A stretch of DNA of 64,000 bases. Origin: Minisyncoccota bacterium (lineage in GTDB: Bacteria > Patescibacteriota > Minisyncoccia > JAHISW01 > Tagabacteraceae). The notes beneath the pieces are model-generated. The model was not told the DNA's origin and searched no databases. It was given only the letters and a program-made list of their open reading frames with translations. Within the stretch, counting starts at the first letter, position 1; the number at the start of each line of letters is the position of its first letter. The DNA lies in the NCBI GenBank assembly GCA_028711505.1, contig JAQTSC010000002.1, forward strand, positions 11,936-75,935, read 5' to 3'. Shown in pieces: positions 1-9,924 of the stretch. The translations under genes and the position numbers were made by a program.

Positions 1-455
1 TGTTCAAAGATTCGCTGGAAGGCGAAGAGCTTTTGGATTTTACGGAGAAAATCAGAAGCATCATAACTTCAAACAATTCCATTGTAATTTCCGAAGGAAA
101 ACCTAAAAAACAGCCTCTTGCCTACCCTATAAAAAACGAAAGCGACGGTGTTTTTAACTGGATAAAATTTCAGACCTCTCCGGATTCCATAAAAAAGATA
201 GAAAACGAACTGAAGAAAGAAAATATGGTTCTTCGTTTTATAACGACAAAAAGCATGAAAGAAGAACCGGTAAAAGCCTCTGTCACGGCTTTCAAAAAGA
301 AAATGCCGGAATTGGGTGAAAAGCCGGCGTCAGCCATTATCCATATTCCGGAATCGGAAGCCAAAAAAGAAGAACCCTCGGACAATAAAATCCAAGAAGA
401 AGAGCTTGATAAAAAAATAGAGGAACTTTTAGGAGAAAGCGAAGTTCAAAAATAA
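1..455 (+). CDS. rpsF: 30S ribosomal protein S6, 5'-truncated at window edge (in-frame ORF continues upstream of the listed start at 33)
   Basis: Translation has the S6-like 'QLAYPI' core and an acidic C-terminal extension. It sits first in an rpsF-ssb-rpsR gene order. Confidence 0.75.
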   Translation, partial: FKDSLEGEELLDFTEKIRSIITSNNSIVISEGKPKKQPLAYPIKNESDGVFNWIKFQTSPDSIKKIENELKKENMVLRFITTKSMKEEPVKASVTAFKKKMPELGEKPASAIIHIPESEAKKEEPSDNKIQEEELDKKIEELLGESEVQK

Positions 456-479
456 TATTGAAAAAGTTAGAATAAAAAT

Positions 480-935
480 ATGAATCTCAACAAAGTGTTT
501 ATTATCGGAAACATGACTCGCGACCCGGAATTGCGCACTCTTCCTTCCGGCAGCGCGGTAGCGTCTTTCGGAGTAGCCACAAACAGGGTGTGGATAAACA
601 AGACCGGAGAAAAACAGCAAGAAGTTCAATTCCACAACATCGTTGCCTTTGGAAAACAGGCGGAAATAGTAGCTCAATATCTTAAAAAAGGCGCCATGAT
701 ATTGGTTGAAGGCAGACTTAATACCAGAAACTGGGAAGCCCAAGACGGAACGAAAAAAACACGAACCGAAATAGTTATGGAAAAAATGCAGATGGGCCCG
801 AGAAGAGATGCCGAGTTTTCCGGAAACCGCAGCCAGGAAAATACAAGTAAAAATCCCGGCAAAACAGGAAACGACACCTTGGATACCATTGAATACCCGG
901 ATGAAAACGGAAATCCTGACGATATACCGTTTTAA
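480..935 (+). CDS. ssb: single-stranded DNA-binding protein
   Basis: OB-fold SSB N-terminus (MNLNKVFIIGNMTRDPELR...), a flexible Gly/Pro/Asn-rich tail, and the C-terminal acidic 'DDIPF' motif typical of SSB. Confidence 0.9.
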   Translation: MNLNKVFIIGNMTRDPELRTLPSGSAVASFGVATNRVWINKTGEKQQEVQFHNIVAFGKQAEIVAQYLKKGAMILVEGRLNTRNWEAQDGTKKTRTEIVMEKMQMGPRRDAEFSGNRSQENTSKNPGKTGNDTLDTIEYPDENGNPDDIPF

Positions 936-952
936 TTTAAATCATTAAAATT

Positions 953-1153
953 ATGAAAAACTGCCATTTTTGCACAAACAACGTGAAAAAAATCGACTAC
1001 AAAGACGCGGAGAACTTAAATAAGTTCTTAGACCACCAAGCGAAAATAATGCCCGCCAAAGAAACCGGGCTTTGCATCAAACATCAAAGGAGGCTGGCTC
1101 AAGCCATAAAACGCAGCCGCATGCTGGGACTGCTCCCCTTTGTAAGACATTAA
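953..1153 (+). CDS. rpsR: 30S ribosomal protein S18
   Basis: 66 aa with CxxC and a 'KIDYKDAENLNKFL...RRLAQAIKRSRMLGLLPF' S18 signature, directly after ssb. Confidence 0.9.
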   Translation: MKNCHFCTNNVKKIDYKDAENLNKFLDHQAKIMPAKETGLCIKHQRRLAQAIKRSRMLGLLPFVRH

Positions 1154-1166
1154 TTTTAGAAATTAC

Positions 1167-1202
1167 AGGCCGGATAGCAATTATATTCTACCGGCCTTTT
1201 TC
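1167..1202. terminator. intrinsic terminator hairpin (GGCCGG...CCGGCC + T-run) ending the rpsF-ssb-rpsR operon; overlaps the recA stop codon
   Basis: Inverted repeat aGGCCGG(17-nt loop)CCGGCCt followed by TTTTTC on the + strand, convergent with recA. Confidence 0.45.
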
Positions 1203-2216
1203 TATGCTATAGAATTCTTTTATTTTTTTCGTTATCTCGTCAGCTGTTTTATTGTCCTCGCGCAGAAAAATTCTCGCCTTGTCATAGCCTACTCCCAATT
1301 TCAGGCTTCCATACGAATACGTAGTTCCTGATTTTTTTATTATTCCGGCTTTCTCGCCCAAATTAAGAAGTTCAGCGCTCCTTGAAATTCCTTCATCGTA
1401 CAAAAGGTCAAACTCGGCTTCCCTGAAAGGAGGCGCCACTTTATTTTTTACGACTTTCGCTTTTACCCTTCCGCCGATTATTTCATCACCTCTTTTTATC
1501 TGGGCTATTCTTCTCACGTCTATCCTCACGGAAGAATAAAATTTCAGCGCTTTTCCTCCCGGCGTGGTTTCCGGATTTCCGAACATCACTCCTATTTTCA
1601 TTCTAATCTGATTTATAAAAATCACGATTGTTTTGGATTTTGCGGATATTGCCGTAAGTTTGCGAAGCGCCTGCGACATAAGTCTTGCCTGGAGACCCAC
1701 GTGCGCGTCTCCCATCTCTCCTTCTATCTCTGCCCGCGGCGTTAAAGCGGCGACGGAATCTATCACGATTACATCGATTTTTCCGGAACGAACCAGGCTT
1801 TCTGTTATTTCAAGAGCCTGTTCTCCCGTGTCGGGCTGGGAGATAAGAAGATCGTCAACTTTTACGCCAAGTTTTTCCGCGTACACGGGATCCATCGCGT
1901 GCTCAGCGTCTATAAAAGAGCAGAGGCCTCCTTTTTTTTGAGCTTGAGCAAGAACATGGAGAGCCAGCGTGGTTTTACCCGAAGATTCCGGACCAAAAAT
2001 TTCAATAACTCTGCCGCGCGGAAGCCCGCCAAGCCCCAAGGCAACGTCTAAAGAAAGAGAGCCCGTAGAGATAACGTCCACATCAACTCTTTTCGTGTCG
2101 CCAAGCTTCATTATCGCGCCTTCACCGTATTTGCTTTTAATCCCTTCTATCACGGAATTTATGTCCGCTCCCATTGTCTTGGGTTCTTTTTTCGCTTTTG
2201 CTGTAAATTTAGCCAT
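1188..2216 (-). CDS. recA: recombinase RecA
   Basis: Walker A '[12 protein letters not shown]', RecA loops L1/L2, full-length 342-aa colinear RecA architecture. Confidence 0.95.
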   Translation of the reverse strand: MAKFTAKAKKEPKTMGADINSVIEGIKSKYGEGAIMKLGDTKRVDVDVISTGSLSLDVALGLGGLPRGRVIEIFGPESSGKTTLALHVLAQAQKKGGLCSFIDAEHAMDPVYAEKLGVKVDDLLISQPDTGEQALEITESLVRSGKIDVIVIDSVAALTPRAEIEGEMGDAHVGLQARLMSQALRKLTAISAKSKTIVIFINQIRMKIGVMFGNPETTPGGKALKFYSSVRIDVRRIAQIKRGDEIIGGRVKAKVVKNKVAPPFREAEFDLLYDEGISRSAELLNLGEKAGIIKKSGTTYSYGSLKLGVGYDKARIFLREDNKTADEITKKIKEFYSIEKGR

Positions 2217-2249
2217 TTTATAAATTATATTAAGCCTTTTAAATTAAAA

Positions 2250-2609
2250 CTACTTCATTACCACTTCTATTTTTTGTTTATAAGTCCTTCCGAACCTGTC
2301 TTCGGCTTTAACTTCAATGATATTATATCCTTGCGCTAAAATCATGTCTTTTTCAAAATTTCCAAGGCTATCGGTCAAAACATGGCTTCCGTCTATATAC
2401 AGTGCAGAAACATTTACAGAAACGCCTTTTATTTTTATAACCGGATTATTTACAGTTTCTCCGTTTTTAGGATAATCAAGGCTTATGCCGGGACCCTGTA
2501 AAAAATTTTTGGAACGTCCGTAAAGATAAAAAACAAACGCGAAAAATATAACAAAAACGAAAATTATTTTCGCAAAAAACGCCGCGTTCATCTTTATCGC
2601 TTTAAGCAT
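2250..2609 (-). CDS. hypothetical membrane-anchored protein (N-terminal TM, beta-rich ectodomain)
   Basis: ORF with a hydrophobic N-terminal helix. No recognisable catalytic motif. Stop overlaps the ftsK start (operonic). Confidence 0.35.
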   Translation of the reverse strand: MLKAIKMNAAFFAKIIFVFVIFFAFVFYLYGRSKNFLQGPGISLDYPKNGETVNNPVIKIKGVSVNVSALYIDGSHVLTDSLGNFEKDMILAQGYNIIEVKAEDRFGRTYKQKIEVVMK

Positions 2610-4788
2610 CGTAATTTTCCGGAGGTAAGTCTAAAATCTCGCGCGGACGGGAACCGTCGGGAGGCCCGACAACTCCTCTCTCTTCCATCATATCAAGAAG
2701 GCGCGCGGCCCGGGAATAACCGACCCTTAATCTTCTTTGCAGCAGAGAGGTTGACGCTCTCTTTGACTGAATAATTATTTCTCTTGCCTGTTCGTAAAGT
2801 TCGTCTTCTTCGTCGTCGCCGGACCCTGGCGTCTCGTCAAAAATCGAGGATTGCTGCATTTCGCCGTTTCCCAAATTTATTTCCGACGAATCGAAATTTT
2901 CATATTCTCCCAAAAGATAATTGACTACTTTCTTTACCTCGCTTTCCGAAACAAAAGTTCCCTGTATGCGCCGCGGCTTTGCCGAATCGCCGGAAAGGTA
3001 GAGCATGTCTCCGTTTCCCAAAAGCTTCTCCGCTCCCGCCATATCCAAAATTGTTCTGGAATCAACTTGAGACGCAACTTGAAAAGCAACGCGGCTGGTG
3101 ATGTTCGCTTTTATAAGTCCGGTGATAACTTCAACCGAGGGCCTTTGGGTGGAAACAACAAGATGTATCCCCACGGCGCGAGACATTTGCGCCAGCCTCA
3201 CTATTGAAGATTCAAACTCGCGCGGATAACTCATCATAATATCGGCGAGCTCGTCAATTATAACGACAATATACGGCATTGATTCTGTTTTACCGTTTTT
3301 GTGATAAGAATTTATGTCTCTCGCTCCGGCCGCCAAAAGCACATCGTATCTTCTTTCCATTTCTTTGGTCGCCCATTTCAAAGCCACTATCGCCTTCTTC
3401 GCTTCTGTTATTACCGGCGAAAGAAGGTACGGTAAATTATTGTACATGGTAAGCTCCACGCGTTTCGGGTCTATCATGAGAAGCTGAAGGTCTGCCGGAG
3501 AATGTCTGTAAAGCAAGCTCATTATAAGCGAATGTATTGCCACTGATTTTCCGGAACCGGTAGCTCCGGCTATAAGCACATGGGGCATTTTCGCTATTGA
3601 AGCGTAGACCGGTCTGCCTGCCACGTTTCTGCCTAAGGCCAAAAGAAGAGGCAGTTCGGAATTCAGATATTCCGTTTGCTGAAGAAGCGACCGCAAACCG
3701 ACAAGAGAAGATGACCTGTTTGGAACTTCTATTCCCACAAGAGACTTGCCGGGTATTGGAGCTTCTATTCGTATGGGATGGCTTGCCAACGCCAAAGACA
3801 AATCATTATTAAGTCCCGTGATGCGCGATAATTTTACGCCTTCCGCCGGTTTTAAAGTATATTGCGTAACGGAAGGACCTATTCTTATTTCATCCATTTC
3901 CACGCTTATTCCGAAATTCTGAAAAGTCCGTTTTATGATATTGGAATTAGCTTTTATGTCCCCTGCCGAAGGCTTGCCCTTATCCGATTCCAAAAGCTCA
4001 AATGGAGGAGGATTGAATTTTTTGTCGGAAAATTTTTTAAAAACACCTGACAAAATTTTTGTTTTTATCCCGTTTTCATTTTCTTCTTCCACGTCGTATT
4101 TTTCACCTGGTTCTTTTTTCATCTCATTTCCGTTTTCTTCTGTTTTTTCTCCGACCGCTATTGCGTCCGCGGGAACGGAAGGAATACCGTAAACTTCGCC
4201 TTGAGACTGGGCATCCGATTCTTCGAGTTTGGATTTGGAAAAAAACATTCGTTCTCTTGCTCTTCTCGCGAGCGAAGCGAAAGAAATAGGAATATTAGAC
4301 ATTATCAGAAAGCCGACGATAAAAACCATGGAGAAAACAATTATGCTGGCCCAAAAATCAATCAGCTTCAAAAAAGGAAGAGCCGCCAAAAAACCCACGT
4401 ATCCGCCGGTTTTTTTCCCAAAAACGATATCTATAAGAGATAAGCTGCTTACAAAAATAAAAAGCCCGCCTATCAAGCTGGAGGCAAGAAGCCGCGGCCT
4501 GTATGAGGAAAAAAGAGAAATGGAAATAAAAAAAAGCACCGCGGGCACCAAAAAAATCGCCGTGCCAAAAAGCCAATCAAGCCCAACACGGACATATTCT
4601 CCGGCCACCCCAGCCTTATTGCAGACAACGAGGACAAAAAAGAGAGAAAATCCAAGGCAAACTATGCCCCAAATTGAATATTTTGTCTCGTCTTTAAGCC
4701 CGGAATGCCAACGCGTATCGGGCGCGTTTTTCGCGCTCTTTTCGGCAGATGAGGAAATGCTTTTTTTAACGCCGTTTTTTAACGCCAT
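2602..4788 (-). CDS. ftsK: DNA translocase FtsK/SpoIIIE
   Basis: N-terminal multi-TM region, an acidic linker, the Walker A 'GATGSGKSVAIHSLIMSLL' motor domain, and a C-terminal winged-helix gamma domain (LLQRRLRVGYSRAARLLDMMEERGVVGP). Confidence 0.9.
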   Translation of the reverse strand: MALKNGVKKSISSSAEKSAKNAPDTRWHSGLKDETKYSIWGIVCLGFSLFFVLVVCNKAGVAGEYVRVGLDWLFGTAIFLVPAVLFFISISLFSSYRPRLLASSLIGGLFIFVSSLSLIDIVFGKKTGGYVGFLAALPFLKLIDFWASIIVFSMVFIVGFLIMSNIPISFASLARRARERMFFSKSKLEESDAQSQGEVYGIPSVPADAIAVGEKTEENGNEMKKEPGEKYDVEEENENGIKTKILSGVFKKFSDKKFNPPPFELLESDKGKPSAGDIKANSNIIKRTFQNFGISVEMDEIRIGPSVTQYTLKPAEGVKLSRITGLNNDLSLALASHPIRIEAPIPGKSLVGIEVPNRSSSLVGLRSLLQQTEYLNSELPLLLALGRNVAGRPVYASIAKMPHVLIAGATGSGKSVAIHSLIMSLLYRHSPADLQLLMIDPKRVELTMYNNLPYLLSPVITEAKKAIVALKWATKEMERRYDVLLAAGARDINSYHKNGKTESMPYIVVIIDELADIMMSYPREFESSIVRLAQMSRAVGIHLVVSTQRPSVEVITGLIKANITSRVAFQVASQVDSRTILDMAGAEKLLGNGDMLYLSGDSAKPRRIQGTFVSESEVKKVVNYLLGEYENFDSSEINLGNGEMQQSSIFDETPGSGDDEEDELYEQAREIIIQSKRASTSLLQRRLRVGYSRAARLLDMMEERGVVGPPDGSRPREILDLPPENYDA

Positions 4789-4889
4789 TTCAACTTAGTT
4801 ATGCTACGTTTAATTGATTCTTCGGGTCAAAATAAAAAATTTTGTTTTTATTCACCCTCATTGTCAATTATAGTCCAAAACGGCGAAAA

Positions 4890-4930
4890 ATCAAAAAACC
4901 TGCGGGGAATATCTCCCCACAGGTTTTGAA
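4890..4930 (-). terminator. intrinsic terminator downstream of the S41 peptidase gene (minus strand), possibly bidirectional
   Basis: AAAAAACCTGCGGGGA-ATAT-CTCCCCACAGGTTTT: a 12-bp GC-rich stem flanked by an A-run and a T-run. Confidence 0.5.
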
Positions 4931-4937
4931 ACGCACG

Positions 4938-5582
4938 TTAAATTTTTGTTCCCGCCAAAAAACTTCTGGCAAGTTCAAAAATTTCTTTTCCGTTTGACAC
5001 ATCCGCCTTGATGTCAGGCTCAATACCGCCCAAAAGGCACCTTCTCGTAAGAGGAGAAAAATATTTCATCAAGGATTTATCTCCCGCGGTCTTTTCCCCT
5101 ATTATAACCGCCCTGTGATTGTCCTGAAGCGAAGCGGCAAAAAGTTCCCCCGCGCCGGATGTTTGACGGCTGACTAAAATGATAACCTGGCCGTCAATCT
5201 GAAAATCAATATCTTCTTCCTCAAACTGGAAACTGTCGGCATTTACCGCGCTAAATCCGGATTTATTTTTTATGCTCTCAAATACGACAGTGGCATCCTC
5301 CGGCAAAAACATCCAGGCTGTTCTTAAAGCTTCGCTGTCTTGGCCGCCCGTACAATTCCGCAAATCAAAAATCCACCTTTCGCACCCGACCAAAGAGGCC
5401 CCGATGGAAAAACGCAAAAATTTTTGAGCGAAACCCCTGTCAAAACTCGGAACGGTTATTTTCGCGCATAACGGATCTTCGCAGCGAGCCAGTCCGGCGC
5501 CTGCGCCAAGCAAGAAAAAAAGAAGTATTATAAAAAGGAAAACGGCTGCCAAAACTTTTCCCCGCTTCTTGTTCTGAAACAT
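4938..5582 (-). CDS. S41-family C-terminal processing peptidase, minimal form without PDZ domain
   Basis: Signal/TM N-terminus. S41 core motifs 'DLRNCTGG', 'TSGAGELFAASLQDNHRAVIIGEKTAGDK' (Ser-Lys dyad context). Confidence 0.6.
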   Translation of the reverse strand: MFQNKKRGKVLAAVFLFIILLFFLLGAGAGLARCEDPLCAKITVPSFDRGFAQKFLRFSIGASLVGCERWIFDLRNCTGGQDSEALRTAWMFLPEDATVVFESIKNKSGFSAVNADSFQFEEEDIDFQIDGQVIILVSRQTSGAGELFAASLQDNHRAVIIGEKTAGDKSLMKYFSPLTRRCLLGGIEPDIKADVSNGKEIFELARSFLAGTKI

Positions 5583-5712
5583 AAACCCCTCCTTTTAGTT
5601 TCAGGTTTTTGAGCTGTTTATATGTCAAAAAATGCCTATTATTCTCTGGGCATTTTGGAACAAATTTAACACCAAGTCAAGCAAGAAAAATAAGCCGCGA
5701 GCAGCAAAATTC

Positions 5713-6699
5713 TTAAAGCGGAATTTTTTTTACTTCCACTTTAGGCCAGATTCCCCACTCTCCTTTTTTCAAAAGACCGGTCGTCGCTCCGAAATCCTGC
5801 ATGTTAGACGTGGCATTCGCCGTACCAAGCTGTATGGCATATTCAATACTCCCATTTTCAATAAAACCGGAAACGAAAGCCGAGCCGAAAGAATCCCCTG
5901 CTCCTGTCCGGTCAACCATCTCCGATTCCGGAATCCCCGCGGAATAAAGATCTTTCCCGTCGGAAACAACGACCCCATCCGGACCTTTCGTCATCACGGC
6001 AATGCCCTTTACCATTTCATCAAGCTTTTTAAAAATTCCTTTTTCGTCTTTGTAATCAACGCCCGCGAGCTCCGCCGATTCTTCCTGGTTTAAAATCAAA
6101 ATATCGATTTTATCCAAAACGGTTTTTAAAATTTCAGTATCTTTTTCATTCTTTAAACTGCCCGCCGGATTTGACGCCACCTTTATTCCGCTTTTTTCGG
6201 CAAATTCCATGAGCGGAACGAGCATCTCGTGACTATTCGCCGATAGTGAAGAAACATAAAACCATTTTGCTCCGAGCTTTTCAAACGGAATATCTTCTTT
6301 GGTAAGCTCATGGCAAGCGCCATATTTTTCCAAAATACTCCTGTCAACATTCGGGAGAGAAAGGACTACGGAAAAAGCCGTGGGGTATTTATCCGTTTCT
6401 TCCAGCAATTCCAAAGAAACGCCGTGCCTTGAAAGTTCTTTTTTGACCGCTTCGGCAAAAACATCTTTTCCTACCGATCCGAAATAAGCGGTTTTTAATC
6501 CTTGTTCGGAAAAAGTGCAGGCCGCGTTCGTGCCGCAGCCTCCCATTGACGCAAAGACCGAATCAATATGAATTTTTGAACCAAGAGGAACGCACAGCCC
6601 TTTTTTTGTCGCGAACTTTTCATCGTCAATTGCCACCAGCTTGTCGCTGGCCATAAATAAATCATAAGTCGCCGAACCGAAAGTTATAACGTCAAACAT
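5713..6699 (-). CDS. PfkB-family carbohydrate/nucleoside kinase (ribokinase-like)
   Basis: N-terminal GG motif region and C-terminal 'DRTGAGDSFGSAFVSGF' anion-hole/ATP motif characteristic of the ribokinase/pfkB family. Confidence 0.8.
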   Translation of the reverse strand: MFDVITFGSATYDLFMASDKLVAIDDEKFATKKGLCVPLGSKIHIDSVFASMGGCGTNAACTFSEQGLKTAYFGSVGKDVFAEAVKKELSRHGVSLELLEETDKYPTAFSVVLSLPNVDRSILEKYGACHELTKEDIPFEKLGAKWFYVSSLSANSHEMLVPLMEFAEKSGIKVASNPAGSLKNEKDTEILKTVLDKIDILILNQEESAELAGVDYKDEKGIFKKLDEMVKGIAVMTKGPDGVVVSDGKDLYSAGIPESEMVDRTGAGDSFGSAFVSGFIENGSIEYAIQLGTANATSNMQDFGATTGLLKKGEWGIWPKVEVKKIPL

Positions 6700-6729
6700 A
6701 TTATTTTTTTATTGAATAATAAAAAGACT

Positions 6730-7317
6730 CTAATTACTCAGATATTGGCATATTGTTACCCCCACGCCATTACTGTTTGGAACAGGTATACCGATTCCGC
6801 AAGATACGTTTTCTCCTTCCAGATACCAAAGAAGGAAAAAGCTTTTGCAAAAATTGTTCGGACGAAAAGAACAAGAATAAACATATCCCTGGAAACAGAT
6901 ATCCGGTCCTCCCCCTGCCCCGGAAGGCCCGCAAATAATTCCTTGGTCTCCCGTATAATTTTTAAAATCAACATAGGGAGAAAGCGCACTGTTAAGCACC
7001 GATGATTCGCTATACGATACCCCGTTAAATCCGCATTTGTCATCGTCGTAATCTCCCAAGCAATGCGGTCCGGTATCTCCCGGGTCTGGATATTCTCCAT
7101 TTCCTGAAATTGCCAAATTTATGGCTTTTACATATTGATTTATGTCCGATATTCTTTCTGAATTTCTGGAATCTATTCTTACGCCATTATACAAAACAAG
7201 AGCGACAGAGCTCAACAATCCCACAATTCCGATGACAACAAGAAGCTCCAAAAGAGTAAAAGCCGCGTTTCTCTTTTTTATGACAAAACGCCGGGAAAAA
7301 ACCAGTTTCAAGTTCAT
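6730..7317 (-). CDS. type IV pilin-like protein (class III signal peptide, Cys-rich variable C-terminus), copy 1
   Basis: Prepilin-type N-terminus 'KKRNAAFTLLELLVVIGIVGLL' (FTLLE motif; A instead of G at -1). Four or more conserved Cys in the C-terminal region. Confidence 0.7.
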   Translation of the reverse strand: MNLKLVFSRRFVIKKRNAAFTLLELLVVIGIVGLLSSVALVLYNGVRIDSRNSERISDINQYVKAINLAISGNGEYPDPGDTGPHCLGDYDDDKCGFNGVSYSESSVLNSALSPYVDFKNYTGDQGIICGPSGAGGGPDICFQGYVYSCSFRPNNFCKSFFLLWYLEGENVSCGIGIPVPNSNGVGVTICQYLSN

Positions 7318-7324
7318 ATTTTAA
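7027..7324. repeat. direct repeat copy A (~300 bp, 5' third of the pilin gene; period 657 bp)
   Basis: Six-frame ORFs 7142..7324 and 7799..7981 translate identically and the two pilin N-termini are identical for 97 codons. Boundaries approximate. Confidence 0.75.
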
Positions 7325-7389
7325 TTTTCAACCTCTTAAGTACGCTTCTTCGCGCTTTTTCTTTCACGTATTATCGGATAAGAAAATTA

Positions 7390-7974
7390 TCAATGGCCTA
7401 CATATGAACATCCTGTTATGGTAGCGCCGCCCCTCATTTCATGTGAAATACCGATTCCGCAAGAAGCGTCTGCTCCTTCCATAAGCCATTGGATGACAAT
7501 TGTTTTGCAAAAATTATTCGGACGCTCAGAACAAAAATAGATATATCCTTCGGAGCACTCCTCCGGGGCTTCTCCGCCAGGAAGTCCGCAGACCATGGCT
7601 TTATTGCCGGCATAAGTTTTCAAATCCAAATAAGGAGAAAGGATATTATTCAGCGTCTCCGATTCGGAATAATATGTCCCATTAAGTCCGCATTTGTCAT
7701 CGTCGTAATCTCCCAAACAATGCGGTCCGGTATCTCCCGGGTCTGGATATTCTCCATTTCCTGAAATTGCCAAATTTATGGCTTTTACATATTGATTTAT
7801 GTCCGATATTCTTTCTGAATTTCTGGAATCTATTCTTACGCCATTATACAAAACAAGAGCGACAGAGCTCAACAATCCCACAATTCCGATGACAACAAGA
7901 AGCTCCAAAAGAGTAAAAGCCGCGTTTCTCTTTTTTATGACAAAACGCCGGGAAAAAACCAGTTTCAAGTTCAT
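7390..7974 (-). CDS. type IV pilin-like protein, copy 2 (N-terminal 97 aa identical to copy 1, C-terminus divergent)
   Basis: Same prepilin leader and FTLLE motif. Identical to 6730..7317 through '...DYDDDKCG', then diverges while conserving the Cys positions. Confidence 0.7.
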   Translation of the reverse strand: MNLKLVFSRRFVIKKRNAAFTLLELLVVIGIVGLLSSVALVLYNGVRIDSRNSERISDINQYVKAINLAISGNGEYPDPGDTGPHCLGDYDDDKCGLNGTYYSESETLNNILSPYLDLKTYAGNKAMVCGLPGGEAPEECSEGYIYFCSERPNNFCKTIVIQWLMEGADASCGIGISHEMRGGATITGCSYVGH

Positions 7975-7981
7975 ATTTTAA
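7684..7981. repeat. direct repeat copy B (~300 bp, 5' third of the pilin gene)
   Basis: See copy A. Nucleotide-identical block offset by 657 bp. Confidence 0.75.
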
Positions 7982-8010
7982 AGATAGAAACGTTTTGAAA
8001 ATTCAACAAA

Positions 8011-9006
8011 TTATTTTCTCGCCAACGCTTTTTTAACCGCTTCTTTTATGTTCTCAACTCCCATTCCGAATTTTTCCAAAAGTTCATCCGGCTCGCCGGA
8101 TTCCCCGTATCTGTCGCGGACTCCCACAAATTCAATCGGCGCTGGAAATTCTTCAGATAAAATTTCCGCCACAGCCGAACCCATACCGCCATTAACCTGG
8201 TGTTCTTCAACGGTAACTACGGCTCCGGTTCTTTTTACGCTTTCCAAAATCGTATTTTTATCCATCGGCTTAATTGTGTGATTATTTATTACCTCCGCTT
8301 TAACCCCCTCTTTTTCAAGTTCCGCCGCGGCCAAAATCGCATTATGAACGAGCGGACCGCAAGCGATTATTGAGACTTGGGAATTTCCGCCCTCCGGCGA
8401 CCAAAAAATTTCCGCTTTTCCTATTTCAAACGGAGTTTCTTCGGTTGTCATAACCGGAGTTTTTTCACGCGCGAATCTTAAATAAACAGGGCCTTTGTAT
8501 TTTGCTGCCGCAAGCGTCGCTTTTTTTGTTTCTATGGAATCGCACGGCGCGATTATGACCAAGCCAGGCAAACATCTCGTTATGGCGATATCTTCAAGCG
8601 CCTGATGACTCATTCCATCAGGACCTACTGAAATCCCGGCATGAGCGCCTGCAATCTTAACATTGGCTTCGTTCTGCACGGCCCCACGAACCTGGCACCA
8701 ATTCAATCCCGGACTAAACACGGCATATGTCGCCAAAAAAGGCACTTTTCCGTCAAGGGCAAGGCCAACCGCGACATTCATCATATTTTGCTCCGCAATG
8801 CCCATTTCAATAAATCTGTCCGGAAACGCGCGCATAAATTCGGCGGAACGCGTTGATTCCGAAATATCGGCGCAAAGCGCAACGACATTCGGATCGTCTT
8901 TCCCCGCCAAAACAAGCCCTTCTCCATATCCAAAACGGGTTGGGATACGCTCAATTTTTTCCTTATCCAATAAATTCTGGCTCAGTTTTAAATTTTGATT
9001 TTGCAT
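8011..9006 (-). CDS. transketolase, C-terminal (pyrimidine-binding/C-terminal domain) subunit
   Basis: Matches the transketolase Pyr and C-terminal domains (EQNMMNVAVGLALDGKVPF...). Split-gene arrangement with the upstream N-terminal subunit. Confidence 0.85.
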   Translation of the reverse strand: MQNQNLKLSQNLLDKEKIERIPTRFGYGEGLVLAGKDDPNVVALCADISESTRSAEFMRAFPDRFIEMGIAEQNMMNVAVGLALDGKVPFLATYAVFSPGLNWCQVRGAVQNEANVKIAGAHAGISVGPDGMSHQALEDIAITRCLPGLVIIAPCDSIETKKATLAAAKYKGPVYLRFAREKTPVMTTEETPFEIGKAEIFWSPEGGNSQVSIIACGPLVHNAILAAAELEKEGVKAEVINNHTIKPMDKNTILESVKRTGAVVTVEEHQVNGGMGSAVAEILSEEFPAPIEFVGVRDRYGESGEPDELLEKFGMGVENIKEAVKKALARK

Positions 9007-9029
9007 GATATTAGACGGTAATTTTATAT

Positions 9030-9887
9030 TTATTCATAATCACTTTTTATTTTGCCGCAAAGAGACCTTAATTGCGCCAGCGCTTTTTCCGCTTCCTCGG
9101 GTTTTGGCACTTTGCCGTGCCAAGAGCAATCGAATTCCATAAAATCAATTCCTTTCCCGGGAATCGTATGGGCCAAAATCATAACCGGTTTTTCAAAAAC
9201 AGCTTTCGCCTCGTTGCAAGCGTTAACAATCGCTTCTATATTATGCCCGTCAACTTCGATAACGTGCCAGCCGAACGATTCGTATCTTTCGCGAAGCGGT
9301 TCTTTCGGCATAACGCTTTCTGTGTATCCGTCTATCTGAATATTATTTCTGTCCATGATAAAAGTGAGGTTGTCCAAATGCCATTTTCCGGCAAGCATAG
9401 CCGCTTCCCAAGTCATACCCTCGTCCATTTCGCCGTCGCCAACAAGACAATAAATCTGATGTTTCTTTTTGTTCATTTTCGCGGAAATAGCCATGCCAAC
9501 CGCTATGCCCTGACCAAAAGCCAAAGGTCCGGAACTGTTTTCTATCCCCGGAAGCGCTTTTCTGTGAGGATGTCCCTGCAAACGGCTGCCCATCTTGCGC
9601 AATGTTTTTAATTCTTCGGTCGGAAAATATCCGGCGCGAGCCATGGCCGCGTATTGCACAGGACAAATATGACCATTGGATAAAATAACCCTGTCGCGTT
9701 CTTCCCATGCCGGATTTTTCGGATCATGTTTCAACACTTCAAAATAAAGCGCGGTAAAAACATCCGCCATGCCCATAGGACCGGCAGAATGTCCGGATTT
9801 CGCTTCAACGAGCATATTGATAATATCCTCGCGAATTTGCCTTGCGGTATCGTCTAAGGATTTTAATCGTTCATCGGATAAATACAT
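9030..9887 (-). CDS. transketolase, N-terminal (thiamine-diphosphate-binding) subunit
   Basis: TPP-binding motifs 'SGHSAGPMGMADV', 'GDGEMDEG...NL' (GDG-X-N ThDP motif). Confidence 0.85.
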   Translation of the reverse strand: MYLSDERLKSLDDTARQIREDIINMLVEAKSGHSAGPMGMADVFTALYFEVLKHDPKNPAWEERDRVILSNGHICPVQYAAMARAGYFPTEELKTLRKMGSRLQGHPHRKALPGIENSSGPLAFGQGIAVGMAISAKMNKKKHQIYCLVGDGEMDEGMTWEAAMLAGKWHLDNLTFIMDRNNIQIDGYTESVMPKEPLRERYESFGWHVIEVDGHNIEAIVNACNEAKAVFEKPVMILAHTIPGKGIDFMEFDCSWHGKVPKPEEAEKALAQLRSLCGKIKSDYE

Positions 9888-9924
9888 GATATATTTTTTA
9901 ATTTATTAATTTATTTCTTGTAAA

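Noticed and set aside
1633-2223. Two + strand ORFs (102 and 84 aa).
   Set aside because: Antisense to recA. Spurious.
5632-6093. 153-aa + strand ORF.
   Set aside because: Antisense within the PfkB kinase gene, basic low-complexity composition, no SD.
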